The position numbers and the translations under genes were made by a program. A stretch of 64,000 nt of DNA from Convolutriloba macropyga (lineage: Eukaryota). The stretch lies in NCBI RefSeq assembly GCF_964194025.1, contig NC_134473.1, forward strand, positions 5,456,001-5,520,000, given 5' to 3'. Shown in pieces: positions 24,097-37,843 of the stretch (the first letter of the stretch is position 1; every line of letters starts with the position of its first letter). Under the pieces are notes generated by a model. It saw nothing but the letters and a program-made list of their open reading frames with translations, was not told the DNA's origin and made no database searches.

Positions 24097-27000
24097 ATGT
24101 CATTTCTTTAAAACAGTCGTTCGGGTGAAACTCCTAGCAAAGATGGCAATTTAAGCGCAGGATTTTGGAAAATATGAAAATGATTAGAATTACATCCGAG
24201 GTTGGGAACTGCAGCAATTGTTTTTGAGGATTTTTATTAGGCTGTGTAAGTACGCCGTTGTCATATTCCATCCAAGAAATACTGAATACCGGAAAAAGTT
24301 AGTTGTAGGAACCGTTATTTTGTAATAGATGTATACATGTCAGCTTCGGGTAAGCAATTTTCAAACGTTATTTTTTGAAACTTAGGGCAAAATTTGTATT
24401 GCAAAAAAAAACGCGAAACGAGTTCCAAAGAGCTACTAACATTGACAATTACAAAGTTTCTATTGTTAATTTTTTAGTTTCATTTCTAATTTGCGCGAAC
24501 ATGACAGCAGATCAAAACACCTCAATTTATATGCCAGAAACCTGTTTGATTGCTTAACAACAAAATTACTCTTTTTCCTATTTGCGTCGACGGGTTTTAA
24601 ATTTTTCACAAAATTTACAACTAGCGTCGCTTAAACCGAGGAGAGGCTAATTCACACAAAAAACTGGATAACAAATAGCGTTTTAGTTGAAAACAATAAT
24701 TTGACAAACATTCTGCTCTTTTTGCTTTTGATAAAACAACTGGTTGCTCATTAAAATTCCCATGACTTAAATACGAAGGTTTTCAGTTGTATTCTTTGAT
24801 GGTCAATAAGGGCTGTTTATTGGGTATGATTTTCCTGAAGTTCGCATTTTAAAAAGAATTTGACCTGAAAAGTGCTCTTTATAAAACAAAAAACAACACC
24901 AGTTGATGATAGAAACTATAGTTTCTACAATAGAAACAGCTTGATAAGATAAAAGTTTCGTTAATAGAGAGAACTTTAATTACTTCATTAACTCTCATAT
25001 AAGCAAGTGTTTGACATCGCTAAAATTTGAAAATTGTCTGTGAATTGAGTTGTTCAACAAAATGATAATAAAAAAGATTATCAACAAAAAAAAATCCTTA
25101 GAGGTTACTTTCAAACTAGAATACGCTTTAAGAGTATTGTTTTTCAAGTGTCTTCGAACAACATTACACGGTAATTTCGTCAATGTTTTATGTGTCATAT
25201 AAGACCTATTATGATGAGAGATTTTGGAACCGATCGAAAGTAAGTATTGCACAACTTTAAAACTCTCAATTTCTGTTTGTGTATGATTTCTCGGCAGTCA
25301 TGTATGCCAAGATTTTTAGATGATTGCTTACTTCTGTTTTTTAAGACGTACTCTTGTGCAATTAAATGAGTCGTAGTTGGACGATTCTGGTTGTAAATGC
25401 AAAGAAACCAAATTTGCTACCATTAATCGTCTTGTATTCACAAACATCTTTAGTTTACACTTAATAATGATCTCCGACGCTCATTTCACTGCTTATAGAA
25501 CAGTCGTTTTTTGCTTTGAACGCGTCTTTCACCTTAGCGAACTTTTGTTGAAAACGCTTGATTTTGAACATTTTTAATGCATCCCTAATTTATAGCTCTC
25601 AAATCACACAGTAAAGAAATTTTATTGCAATTTTCATCCCTAAACTAGCAGAATTTGTAGCGGCTCTACGTAAAAGTTTAAAAAAATTGGAGGAAAGAAA
25701 ATTATTCAAGATACCTTTACAAAATTTACCATGATGACTAAGTCTGGTTTGTATATGGCTAAAACCCAAACGGTAGAAGGTGAGACGGTGCAGTGTGGGG
25801 TTACTTTTGCAAATGAATGCAAAACAATAGGCATCTGGACAGAGGCAAACGAACTATTTCGTGGTTTCTCAAAAAAAGAACTCAACAGAATGCCAAAATG
25901 GTGATTGGCAGTAATATAATAGACAATTTTCAAAGTCCACAAATCCATTCCTATCGACTGCGCAATCCATGCTTATCCCCGACCCTCGACAAAATTTAAG
26001 TTCTGAACAAATATGACCCAAAAAATCCGAACTTACTAATTCAAGACGGAAAGAACAACGAGCTCAAGCATAGTAGTTTAACTGTCTCCAGGAACACAAG
26101 AAGTTATGTTCTCAAGGAACTATACCAAAGAAAAAGCATAACAAAGCTCCTTCGTACAATTGCGGTTCCAGCTTTCGTAATAAACTATATAACTACCCCC
26201 AGACAGGCAGGAGAAGTATGAAATAGTGAGTGGGAATTAGTAAATGACCTGAAACATCTGTTAGTCAATCGAACCATCAAAATGGTTTGAATTAGCACTG
26301 CTACTGCTGGCCACAGGAATTCCCGCGTCAACTGTGGCAAATATAGTACCTAAAAATACGAACATTAATCAAAGGTTGCGAGAAAGTGCCTTCCACCAGC
26401 AATATTCTTTGATTTTCGTTAGTATAGGTCATCTTCTGATTAGCTTAAAGCTGCTTCCAACAGCCCGTGACATAGAAGTAAATCCAGGACTTGTTTTAAT
26501 TTGCAACGATACTAACAAAATGGCTCAGAAGAGTGCGAATTGCAAGTTTATCATCTAGTGTACAAAGCATTTTCAGACATGAAGAACAACTACGCACACT
26601 AGTACAAGATCTAGGACCAAATTTTCTTTTTCGCTAAAACCTGGCTTTGTGAGTTTGATGATATGAATGTTTTTAATGTTGACAAAAAACGGTACTGATT
26701 TTTCAGAAGTAACCGTATTTCCTCGCTTAGAATAAAACCAAAAAAATGGTGGAGTTATGGTATTTGTGCCGATGATTTTCTCTCCAAAAGTCCGTAATGA
26801 TTTAAATCTTTTTACGGATAAACATGAGTGTAAAGGTCTCATTGAAAACACCAAATTGCTTTTCTTAGGAATCTTACATATAATCCTTTGAAACAAATTT
26901 TCACAATATATCTGGAGCAACTAGCAATTAACTTTGATAATTTAATTCGGAAAAACAAAAAATTATAACTTGGTGCGATTTTAGTAACTATTTCGATAGC

Positions 27001-29977
27001 TGGGGACAGATATAAGTGTAATTTTTATATTTTGGGTCGGAACAATAAATGTCATTTTTTTAAAACAGTCGTTCGAGTGAAACTCCTAGCAAAGATGGCA
27101 ATTTAAGCGCAGGATTTGGGAAAATATGAAAATGATTAGAATTACATCCGAGGTTGGGAACTGCAGCAATTGTTTTTGAGGATTTTTATTAGGTTGTGTA
27201 AGTACGCCGTCGTCATATTCCATCCAAAAAATACTGAATACCGGAAAAAATTAGTTGTAGGAACCGTTATTTTGTAATAAATGTATACATGTCAACTTCG
27301 GGTAAGCAATTTTCAAACGTTATTTTTTGAAACTTAGGGCAAAATTTGTATTGCAAAAAAACGCGAAACGAGTTCCAAAGAGCTACTAACATTGACAATT
27401 ACAAAGTTTCTATTGTTAATTTTTTAGTTTCATTTCTAATTTGCGCGAACACGACAGCAGATCAAAACACCTCAATTTATATGCCAGAAACTTGTTTGAT
27501 TGCTTAACAACAAAATTACTTTTTTTCCTATTTGCGTCGACGGGTTTTAAATTTTTCACAAAATTTACAACTGGCTTAAACCGAGGAGAGGCTAATTCAC
27601 ACAAAAAACTGGATAACAAATAGCGTTTTAGTTGAAAACAATAATTTGAGAAACATTCTGCTCTTTTTGCATTTGATAAAACAACTGGTTGCTCATTAAA
27701 ATTCCCATGACTTAAATACGAAGGTTTTCAGTTGTATTCTTTGATGGTCAATAAGGGCTGTTTATTGGGTATGATTTTCCTGAAGTTCGCATTTTTAAAA
27801 GAATTTGACCTGAAAAGTGCTCTTTATAAAACAAAAAACAACACCAGTTGATGATAAACTATAGTTTCTACAATAGAAACAGCTTGACAAGATAAAAGTT
27901 TCGTTAATAGAGAGAACTTTAATTACTTCATTAACTCTCATATAAGCAAGTGTTTGACGTCGCTAAAATTTGAAAATTGTCTGTGAATTGAGTTGTTCAA
28001 CAGAATGATAATAAAAAAGATTATCAACAAAAAAAATCCTTAGAGGTTACTTTCAAACTAGAATACGCTTTAAGAGTATTGTTTTTCAAGTGTCTTCGAA
28101 CAACATTACACGGTAATTTCGTCAATGTTTTATGTGTCATATAAGACCTATTATGATGAGAGATTTTGGAACCGATCGAAAGTAAGTATTGCACAACTTT
28201 AAAACTCTCAATTTCTGTTTGTGTATGATTTCTCGGGAGTCATGTATGCCAAGATTTTTAGATGATTGCTTACTTCTGTTTTTTAAGATGTACTCTTGTG
28301 CAATTAAATGAGTCGTAGTTGGACGATTCTGGTTGTAAATGCAAAGAAACCAAATTTGCTACCATTAATCGTCTTGTATTCACAAACATCTTTAGTTTAC
28401 ACTTAATAATGATCTCCGACGCTCATTTCACTGCTTATAGAACAGTCGTTTTTTGCTTTGAACGCGTCTTTCACCTTAGCGAACTTTTGTTGAAAACGCT
28501 TGATTTTGAACATTTTTAATGCATCCCTAATTTATAGCTCTCAAATCACACAGTAAAGAAATTTTATTGCAATTTTCATCCCTAAACTAGCAGAATTTGT
28601 AGCGGCTCTACGTAAAAATTTACAAAAATTGGAGGAAAAAAAAATTATTCAAGATACCTTTACAAAATTTACCATGATGACTAAGTCTGGTTTGTATATG
28701 GCTAAAACCCAAACGGTAGAAGGTGAGACGGTGCAGTGTGGGGTTACTTTTGCAAATGAATGCAAAACAATAGGCATCTGGACAGAGGCAAACGAACTAT
28801 TTCGTGATTTCTCAAAAAAGAACTCAACAGAATGCCAAAATGGTGATTGGCAGTAATATAATAGACAATTTTCAAAGTCCACAAATCCATTCCTATCGAC
28901 TGCGCAATCCATGCTTATCCCCGACCCTCGACAAAATTTAAGTTCTGAACAAATATGACCCAAAAAATCCGAACTTACTAATTCAAGACGGAAAGAACAA
29001 CGAGCTCAAGCATAGTAGTTAAACTGTCTCCAGGAACACAAGAAGTTATGTTCTCAAGGAACTATACCAAAGAAAAAGCATAACAAAGCTCCTTCGTACA
29101 ATTGCGGTTCCAGCTTTCGTAATAAACTATATAACTACCCCCAGACAGGCAGGAGAAGTATGAAATAGTGAGTGGGAATTAGTAAGTGACCTGAAACATC
29201 TGTTAGTCAATCGAACCATCAAAATGGTTTGATTTGGCTCTGCTACTGCTGGCCACAAGAATTCCCGCGTCAACTGTGGCAAATATAGTACCTAAAAATA
29301 CGAACATTAATCAAAGGTTGCGAGAAAGTGCCTTCCACCAGCAATATTCTTTGATTTTCGTTAGTATAGGTCATCTTCTGATTAGCTTAAAGCTGCTTCC
29401 AACAGCCCGTGACATAGAAGTAAATCCAGGACTTGTTTTAATTTGCAACGATACTAACAAAATGGCTCAGAAGAGTGCGAATTGCAAGTTTATCATCTAG
29501 TGTACAAAGCATTTTCAGACATGAAGAACAACTACGCACACTAGTACAAGATCTAGGACCAAATTTTCTTTTTCGCTAAAACCTGGCTTTGTGAGTTTGA
29601 TGATATGAATGTTTTTAATGTTGACAAAAAATGGTACTGATTTTTCAGAAGTAACCGTATTTCCTCGCTTAGAATAAAACCAAAAAAAATGGTGGAGTTA
29701 TGGTATTTGTGCCGATGATTTTCTCTCCAAAAGTCCGTAATGATTTAAATCTTTTTACGGATAAACATGAGTGTAAAGGTCTCATTGAAAACACCAAATT
29801 GCTTTTCTTAGGAATCTTACATATAATCCTTTGAAACAAATTTTCACAATATATCTGGAGCAACTAGCAATTAACTTTGATAGTTTAATTCGGAAAAACA
29901 AAAAATTATAACTTGGTGCGATTTTAGTAACTATTTCGATAGCTGGGGACAGATATAAGTGTAATTTTTATATTTTG
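24081..29977. repeat. ~2.95-kb tandem duplication (24081-27032 / 27033-29977)
   Basis: TGGATCGGAACAATAAATGTC at 24081 versus TGGGTCGGAACAATAAATGTC at 27033. Identical ORFs at 25377 and 28319; near-identical ORFs at 26334 and 29234. Confidence 0.95.
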
Positions 29978-32250
29978 AACCTATAATCACAATAAACAAA
30001 TTTTCACTGTATATCTAGACTAACTAGGGTTTGACATTGATAATGCAATTAGGAAAATTGAAAAATTATAACTTTGTGTGATTTTATCTATTTGGATAGG
30101 TGGGGAAAGATATAAGTATAATTTCCATATTGTGAACCAAACCTTTACAACTCGTATAAACGGCGGCAACAATACCAAGAGCTTGATTGATTACTTTACT
30201 GCTCAATCATAAACAGCACTATACTTTATTATAGCCTTGTAATAAAGTGATCACTTTGCTACTCTAAGTGTCCTATGACCATATGGAAATTTAAAAAATA
30301 CCGGTTCAGAAACAAATAATAATGATAAACTATATTTCTTTTGATTTTTAACAATGCCTTGAAATATAAAGCTGGCAAAAATTGTTTGTTCTGAAAAACT
30401 TGGATTGTATGCTGCAAGTTTTGAAATCAAATTTTTACGACATCACTTTTGAAAAACGCTTCATTCGAAAAATGAGACATGACAATCAGACATGACAAAA
30501 ATGTGTTCACGTTAACTGAATTGATGGTCGACCCTGATGTTTTTGATGAAGATAACGAAAAGTTTTTCTAGCTAAGAAACCGAATTTTTGCTTTCAATGA
30601 CAGCGAATGCAGCAGATTTCATAAATCTTATTGAAGCAGCAGAGTTGACAGGCAAAAGTGAATACGTTATAAATGAGACCAGACTTTCTGAAAAATAAAA
30701 CCCAGAATTTTTAGTTGAGATATGTTTTCGGCGAATACCCAACACAAACGGGAAAAAGTGCTAACCTGCTGAACTATAGTATCTCTACTTTTGGGAAATT
30801 CAAAAGCTCTCAGCTTCCACTATAGAGGTCTGGCGCTCGCAATTGGAAACCAAAAGCAAAACATTTTAATTTTCACTATGCAACGGATAAAGAATGTCAT
30901 GATGCAATTAGGGCCCTGGGGAGAAATAACCCAATTGAACCATCAAACATTCCTGCATGGGTTATAGCCCAGCAAAAATTCCTGCATAGCCTAAGACTCA
31001 AGCTCTGTCATTCCTCATCTAAGTTCTCGTGTAAACTTTTGCATCAAATTGTCTTGTTTCCTGAGCCAAAACGATCCTGAAGAATCTATTTACTATAACG
31101 CAATTTCCATTGCCCGAGCCTTTCTGAAACCTTTGGAGCCATCATGAGCAATCAAATTTGTCAATACATTCACGACAATAAACTTAAGACAAAATCAATA
31201 TGGTTTTTGGAGAAACTACTCAACCATCGATTTCCTATTATTTAGCACAGAAATCGTCAAAAGCAAATTTGACACAGCAACTGTGACCTATCAGAAGCTT
31301 TTGATTCCATCAATTACGAAGTTTTGTATATCAAGTTGGCCAACTGAGGTTTTGATGAAAGCTCAAAAAATCTATTAAAAATTTTCCTCACGAACAGTCG
31401 CCAATCTGTTATCCTACACGACTGCATATCAGACGAACTAAAGCTTTATAGAGCTGTACCACAAGGAACAGTACTTGGCCCGCTCTAACATAATCTCTAC
31501 ATTAATGATATGGCGACAAGAGTTGACGAAACAACCTATACAATATGCTGACGATACGGTAAAACTAACTTATGATACCTTCATTGGCAAAAGAGAGTTC
31601 AAGTTAAAAAGAACCAACAAACTCATATGATGTTTCCATCAACAATGCCTTACAGTTAATACCGCAAAAACGGAGTTCATGATATTTGGCAGGAAAAAGA
31701 TTTCATTTAACGGATATTTATTGATTCAATTTCAATCGACGAGAAACCGTAAGTAAAATATTAAGGGGTTCACATAGATAGCAGTTTAGCGTTTTTAGAG
31801 GAAGTTAACATATCCTTCCAAAATGGCCCAAGGGGTAAAAACGATTTATGCTACTAGAAATTCTATTACAGAAACCTATTGAGACTCGTCTTATGCCTGG
31901 TATGAAAGCATTTGCACTACTCTGCAGTTATAATTCACACAATTGAGCAAAATCTAATTGTATCCTTACAAAAACAGCTAAACTGGGCTTAAAGTGCAAC
32001 ATATTTTAGACGAGAAATTTGAATCTATTGAAGATATACATACAAAAGGATGACAATATTTTTGAAAATAAGAAAACAGTTACGACTAGATTTACAAATT
32101 GTTTTGCAACCTAAAATTTTCTATCAAAATGAAAAACTCATTTGTGAGACTAGCGATACTTGATTGGAATGAACTACCTAGTGAAATATAGTTCGAATAA
32201 GACAAAAAATTCCCCAAACAACTTAGAAATTTCTTCTTCAGTTTTTCAGT
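25600..32250 (+). mobile_element. Decayed APE-type non-LTR retrotransposon (CR1/L2/Crack-like LINE); 5' part duplicated, 5' boundary uncertain
   Basis: Endonuclease remnants KTWL (~29578), GGVMVFV (29691), LIDYF, SDHF (30246). RT remnants QYGF (~31195), DLSEAFDSI (31285), AVPQGTVLGP (31453), YADD (31544), NTAKTEFMIF, GVHIDS, WNELP (~32165). Many stops and frameshifts. Confidence 0.9.
29411..29434 (+). other. Degenerate 2A/StopGo motif DIEVNPG-L at the start of LINE ORF2 (second copy 26469-26492)
   Basis: LLISLKLLPTARDIEVNPGL versus consensus D(V/I)ExNPG|P. The final codon CTT is one base from CCT. Confidence 0.8.
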
Positions 32251-32623
32251 TAGAACTTAGAAATTTCAGTTTTTCAACTGAACTGTTGTTTTTTGAAGGT
32301 TACTCGCTTAACATGGCGCGACTTTATATTTGGGAGAATGAATTAGACTTATTGTTGTTGTGTTGACGTATAAAAACGTATAAATCTAACACGTCTTTTC
32401 TTTGAAATTTAAGGCAAAAATTGAATTCACTTAAATATGGTTCGGAATTCAGTGTCGCTTTTCTGTACTCACCAAAAAGATCAATGTTGTCTATTGTTCA
32501 TTTCTTGAACTAATTTCAGATTTATGCACTACAATATGGCTTGAACAGTGCTTTTAATATTCACTATGCGATCTAATTGAGCATGAAATGCCATGAGTAT
32601 TTCTCACCCCAAACTTGAAGATA

Positions 32624-32941
32624 ATGCAAAATAACACCGTGTCCTACAATGATAATAGCAGCCGTCGACCTAGAACAACGTCGGCTAATAGATACAATCA
32701 CCCACCTGGTGGCACAGCGTGGAACAACGCAGTTGGCTCGGGTCAAACAGCAAACTATCAACAACAACATCAGCAGCAGCCCCTGATTAAAAACGTATGG
32801 GGTGTGGGGGTCGAGTCATCCCCTGTGGCTGTTAAAAGGAAAGAAGGAGGTGGAAAACGTGGAGGTGGTGGAAAGTGGAATGACGGACAGCAAGACAGTG
32901 GATTGGCGGAAGATCACGAATCCAAAATTGACATATCAAAG
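32624..32941 (+). CDS. Tudor-domain protein, exon 1 (N/Q/G-rich disordered N-terminus)
   Basis: ATG at 32624, 106 codons, donor AAG|GTGGGA in phase 0. Confidence 0.7.
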
Positions 32942-33993
32942 GTGGGATTTCAACCCGGTAGTGTGGCAGATAGCCGAAGGTCAAGAAAATAAAATTTTTC
33001 AAGTGTATCGAAACGATAAAAGCGAGCGAAAACACATTGCTGTGTTTGGTTGTAATAGATTCTCATCAAGTCTCACTGTCATGGCCATGAGCACGGCCAA
33101 TTAAACTTAGTACTCGCTTAAAGCATTTTGAATGCCGTTTCTTTGCAATTAAGGTAGCGTCACTTCATATTCCGTTCTTATTCTAATTAATCAGTCACAG
33201 TAAAGTGATATGTAATCAATATAAAAAAGATTTTTCTTTTCGGCTATGGGGATCTTTTAGTTTTATGTAATGCTCTCTTTGAGCTTTGCTTTTTAAATAA
33301 TTATTCAAAAATATTACTTCTCTGAAACCATGTCAAAAATGCACCCTAATTATTTATTCATGCGATGGGCGTTTATTTGCTCGTTACTGTGAAATATTCT
33401 AACTTTCTGTTTTTGTAGTAGATCAATTTAGATTAATTAGAATTTGATAATATGCTTGATGGTCGTACAAGAAGCGTCAGTTCATAAGCCCAGAAACCAA
33501 AAAAATAGAAAAACAACGAGAAAGTTACCCCATCCATATTTGCAGAAACGCTTCCATCCCGTAAGTATTTTCTTTTAAACATAGCCCTCATACTGCTGAA
33601 AAATGGAGTGATTGACATTTTGGCATCACTACAGGCATCTACTGGTACCAAATTTTGACTAAATTAACCCACTTTTACAGCTCTTTTCCGCGTTTGTATC
33701 TCAATTGCAATAATAGGGACAAGGCAACTGAGGACAGGCCACCGTGGCCTGATGCTGTTTCGCTACGATTATGCAGAAACCACAATTATTATTAATACGA
33801 TGTAAAGTGGACTATACTGCTTTACTTAATCCTTTTAGATAGCCGGTGAGTCAGAGTCAATTTCTTTGAAAGTAGTTTAAATGCGGTACCTTTAGATGCT
33901 TGAAGTGAATACCGTTTTAATCGGAAGGAAGGAAAAATGTGACAGTGACAGAAGTATGCACTGCAGACTTCGCGCAGTTTTAATTGAAGTTGA

Positions 33994-34159
33994 GGATCTT
34001 TTCCGTTTGTGCCCCCCCCCCCCCCCCCCAGTACGCTATGCGCCCCCAGTTAGAGCACGTGCCATTACATAGTAAATCATTGTAAAAATATGGCACGTGC
34101 GTCTGGGTGGTGCAAATTATATGCGCCCACTAAGCTGGGGGCACAAACGGGAAAGATCC
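33994..34159. mobile_element. MITE, 166 bp, 23-bp TIR, 8-bp TSD
   Basis: GGATCTTTTCCGTTTGTGCCCCC ... GGGGGCACAAACGGGAAAGATCC; flanks GAAGTTGA / GAAATTGA. Confidence 0.85.
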
Positions 34160-35076
34160 GAAATTGATAGCTATCGCTAATTTTATACTGACCTCTTTGA
34201 GCTCTGGTTCAATGATTGACACATATTACCACTTAGCAACAATTTCGAATTATTTTAACTTTCATTTTAAATAATCTGTTCATTTTAGGTGAAGATTGAC
34301 TTCAATTGAAACATGATGTTATGATTACCTTGTCTGGGCAATCAAAGAATCCTATTCTAAGGGTGATTTATATTTGAGATAACTAAGCCGTTTAGCAGTC
34401 GCTCTTAATCTTCATTTCGGCAGGGAAAAAAATGCGAAATTGGTGAAAGTATGATGAATATCGTAAAGATGAGACATGGATGGAAACAATGTTCGACAAT
34501 AAAAGACTTGTTTCAACATTTCTTTAGAAATGGCGAAATACTTCTGGCGATGCTTGCTTTAGAAATGGCGATGCTTGCTTTTTTTTACCTCTCCAGGAAA
34601 ATTTTTGCAAGCATCTTTGAGAAATATGAGTGGTAACGTATTTAAGCTAATGATACGCAGATTTTAACAATGTATTTCAAAACTATATTCCATTAATTTG
34701 CAAATCTCAATTTTTAACGATTTTGGAGATTTTATCAAGATTTTCTTTTGGATAAATGGGACCAACAGAATAATTTCTGCTCGATATCGTATCCAAAAGT
34801 GCTTCTCTCTCGAAAATTATACTAATAGCTGCAAAGCGTTTGCCAAAAGTCATTTCAGAACTCTTGAAGTAAGTTTATTTCCAGTTATCAACTTTCAGGA
34901 CTAAAATGTTTGCAAATTTTTTTAAATTTCCGACAATATTAGTGCTTTTCCACTTGTTTGCAAGACTCCTGTAGCTTGTATCTTTGTTATTCTTTCAAAA
35001 CGTTTTTTTTTTCCACATTGTAAAACCAAGAACTTTAGATTAAATTTTAAATTAACCAAGAACTTTAAATTTTCAG

Positions 35077-35184
35077 ATCCACCCTCTCACTCAGACGCAC
35101 ACAGGTTTTAGCCCCCTAATACCCCCTACTTCTAGTCCCCTAAGCCCAAGCCCGCTACTGCCTCAAGATCTTGTCGACAAAAAA
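35077..35184 (+). CDS. Tudor-domain protein, exon 2 (IHPLTQ...PSPLLPQDLVDKK)
   Basis: TTTCAG acceptor, 108 nt stop-free, GTAAAA donor, phase 0-0. Not in the ORF track. Confidence 0.6.
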
Positions 35185-35925
35185 GTAAAAGTTCAACACA
35201 TTTTTTTGCTTTTTCAGAAAAGTTTGTTTCTGTCTCTTTTGTAATTGGTAATTGGAAAGACGATTGAATATTGAGTGGACACACCAAAAAAACTACTCTC
35301 AATGTTATACGATTTATTTAGGTAGTTTAAGGTTTACCAGGGGATACGGAATTTAGTAAAAACAAAACCAATATGTGATCCAGCAACTGCTGTTGCAGCA
35401 GACGACACTCAAAAAAATTAAAAAAAAAGTTTGAATAGGTTCTTTTTTTTGCACACAGCAAAAGATTGGAAGATATTTCAATCAAAATCAAAGCTCGAAA
35501 GAGAACATCGCGTAGATTGTAAAAACTAGAAGAATATTGAAAACCTGCTGTATAACTTACTTATAAATAGTACTTAAAAACAGACTAAAGATAGTCCTTA
35601 TTTGTGTTATGAGGGTTTGAAAAGGTCCGAAGTGCGCTCTCATCGTTTTTTTTTGCTATATGTAGTGAAAATCATTGTCCAGCAAAATTAGTACTTTTTG
35701 CTTTTCCTCCCTCTTTTTCTCAGAACACTGCATGAAAGAAAACGATCGATTTCTTGATTTTGATTTTTGTTCATTTGATTTGCCTAAAGGCTTGTTTTCA
35801 CATGCGGTATTTTTTTCATGTTTAACTTATTTCACCAATTTCTGTCTTGGTTAAAAAAACGAGAGTAACGCCAAATAGCTATGCTCATTTTACAGTCGTG
35901 CAGGTATAATAAATTATTCCTTTTT

Positions 35926-36394
35926 AATTGCCGCACAGCGATAGCTGGGGCTATTATTGGCCTTCTCTTGGTTTTTTTATTTCGTCGTCGCGATTTTTGT
36001 TACGACCATATGACGTCACAACCACTTCAAATCTGCTTTTTGTTCATTCCTTCATGCAATTTCAACTGAAGTGCTTGTGTGACGCCATTTTTTGCTCTTA
36101 ATGGAGCAAGTTTTGTTCAATCGCGTGAGTAAATTTTTGGTCACACTTGACTTACCTCACTCTCAAAAATGACTTCCTCACTTTTAAATTGACTTTTATT
36201 TACTTTAATTCAAAGAGATAAGTTCGACTGGGTGTGTTTCACTCTAAATGAAGGTTATTTGAGAGCAGCTAATAGAGGCACGAAAAACTTATACAGATTT
36301 TTAATCAAAATATATCAGCCTTCAATGAAAAGACGATTTTTTTCGCAGATCTACGAAGCTATTGCGTTTATTTTCTGGCAATCTGCCAGCTATG
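35926..36394 (+). mobile_element. HINE-like family A, complete copy without nested insert
   Basis: 5' AATTGCCGCA...GGGGCTATT; 3' TTGCGTTTATT + hairpin CTGGCA-ATC-TGCCAG + CTATG-TT. Partial copies at 40151-40385 and 41560-41910. Confidence 0.75.
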
Positions 36395-37054
36395 TTGATT
36401 GACTTCTGAAATACTCAATCAAATATGTTTAAGGTTAGTCTGTATTTGTGCCCTTTGCGCTTTTTTGAGAAAATCTTCTTTTAAACTCTTGGTTCGAGTT
36501 CTGTCTTCGGCACAATTCGGGGTAAAGATGTCCTTTTCCGTCAATATTTACTGAAGTTCAGAAAATCTAACTTGCGCAAATTCTGATCGAAATGTCACCT
36601 AGTTTTTATTACTGATACATTTAAAAAAAACAGAGTTTGGTATCTTCAGGCTATGTTGAGACACGAAGATTGCTATGCTCTTGGCTAGCTCTTGAAAAAG
36701 TATTGCTAGAAATCTTGCCATAGCAACCTATAAAATGCAGCTACAATGCTCTCAGCCTAGGACGGGTAAAAGCCCTGAAATGACAAAGGCGTGAAAAAAA
36801 TTGGCAAAGTGCAAAAAGGGGCCTGTCGTGTAGTACTCAAGTTTTAAAAGACAAGACGTGATGACAATAAATATAGATAAATTTTGAGGTAAGTATTAGT
36901 GCTTTAACACAAAATAGTTGCTGTGGACACTAAAGAACATTGTTGTTGTTGATAAAATATTCAGAGTTTGGTAATGTTTGAACAGCCGTCTTAACTTTTC
37001 TGAAGTGACCTGCTGTTAATGTTAACCTAACTGCTTTTGTGTGTTGCTTATTAG

Positions 37055-37536
37055 GCATATCAAGCATGCTTGAACAAGTACAGCCACGTGTGTCCGGACG
37101 ACTCACACAAACAACAACACGATCAACAACAACACCAACCACCGCTAGGCTCGGCCTGCGACACCATAGGCTCAAACTGCAGCATTTACGTCACTGAGAT
37201 CCTAGCTTCTAACCTGTTCCTGGGAATCGAAAACAACAAAGAATTGAAGCTATCTTTTCAGAGTTTGAAAAAGCAACTCGAGCAGAGTTCTAACCAAATG
37301 AACAGTGAAAATGTAAGCAAGCGTGGAACAAGTAAACAAGCTAAAGGAACGAATCAAAATAGTTTCGTGTGCGTGAACGATCCTTCGGAGGGCCTGTCGA
37401 GGGGTTTTGTGGTGTCGGTGACGAATCACATTTGTGACGTCTATTTGATTGATTGGGGCTACATCAACGCCTATCAACTGGCAGATGTCTGGCCCCTAAC
37501 TCCGGCTGCTGTCGCATTCTGCCGACCTCTTGCCAG
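37055..37536 (+). CDS. Tudor-domain protein, exon 3 (first Tudor core)
   Basis: Branch point CCTAAC, TTATTAG acceptor, SRGFVV...CDVYLIDWGY...VWPL...RPLA, donor AG|GTAG in phase 2. Confidence 0.85.
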
Positions 37537-37843
37537 GTAGAGCAATTGCATAAAGAATATCACAACACCCGCAAATTTAAGAAATTAGCGAGGGTTTTAA
37601 AACTGTTCTTAAGACAATGTTCGGAGCAATTAGTTGGGTCATATGACTTTGTATTTGTGTATCTTTCTTATCTTACAAAATCTTTGTCTCAAATTGCTCT
37701 AGCTCTCAACCAGGCACCCAGTTGCTCTCAATATTCAGCATCGATTGCAGTTTTAATACTCAGTTTGGATTAAATCAACGAGTCACTCAATTCAGGCTGA
37801 TTCTTCGCTTGGTGCTTCTTGACATGAACCCTTTGTTCTGGGG

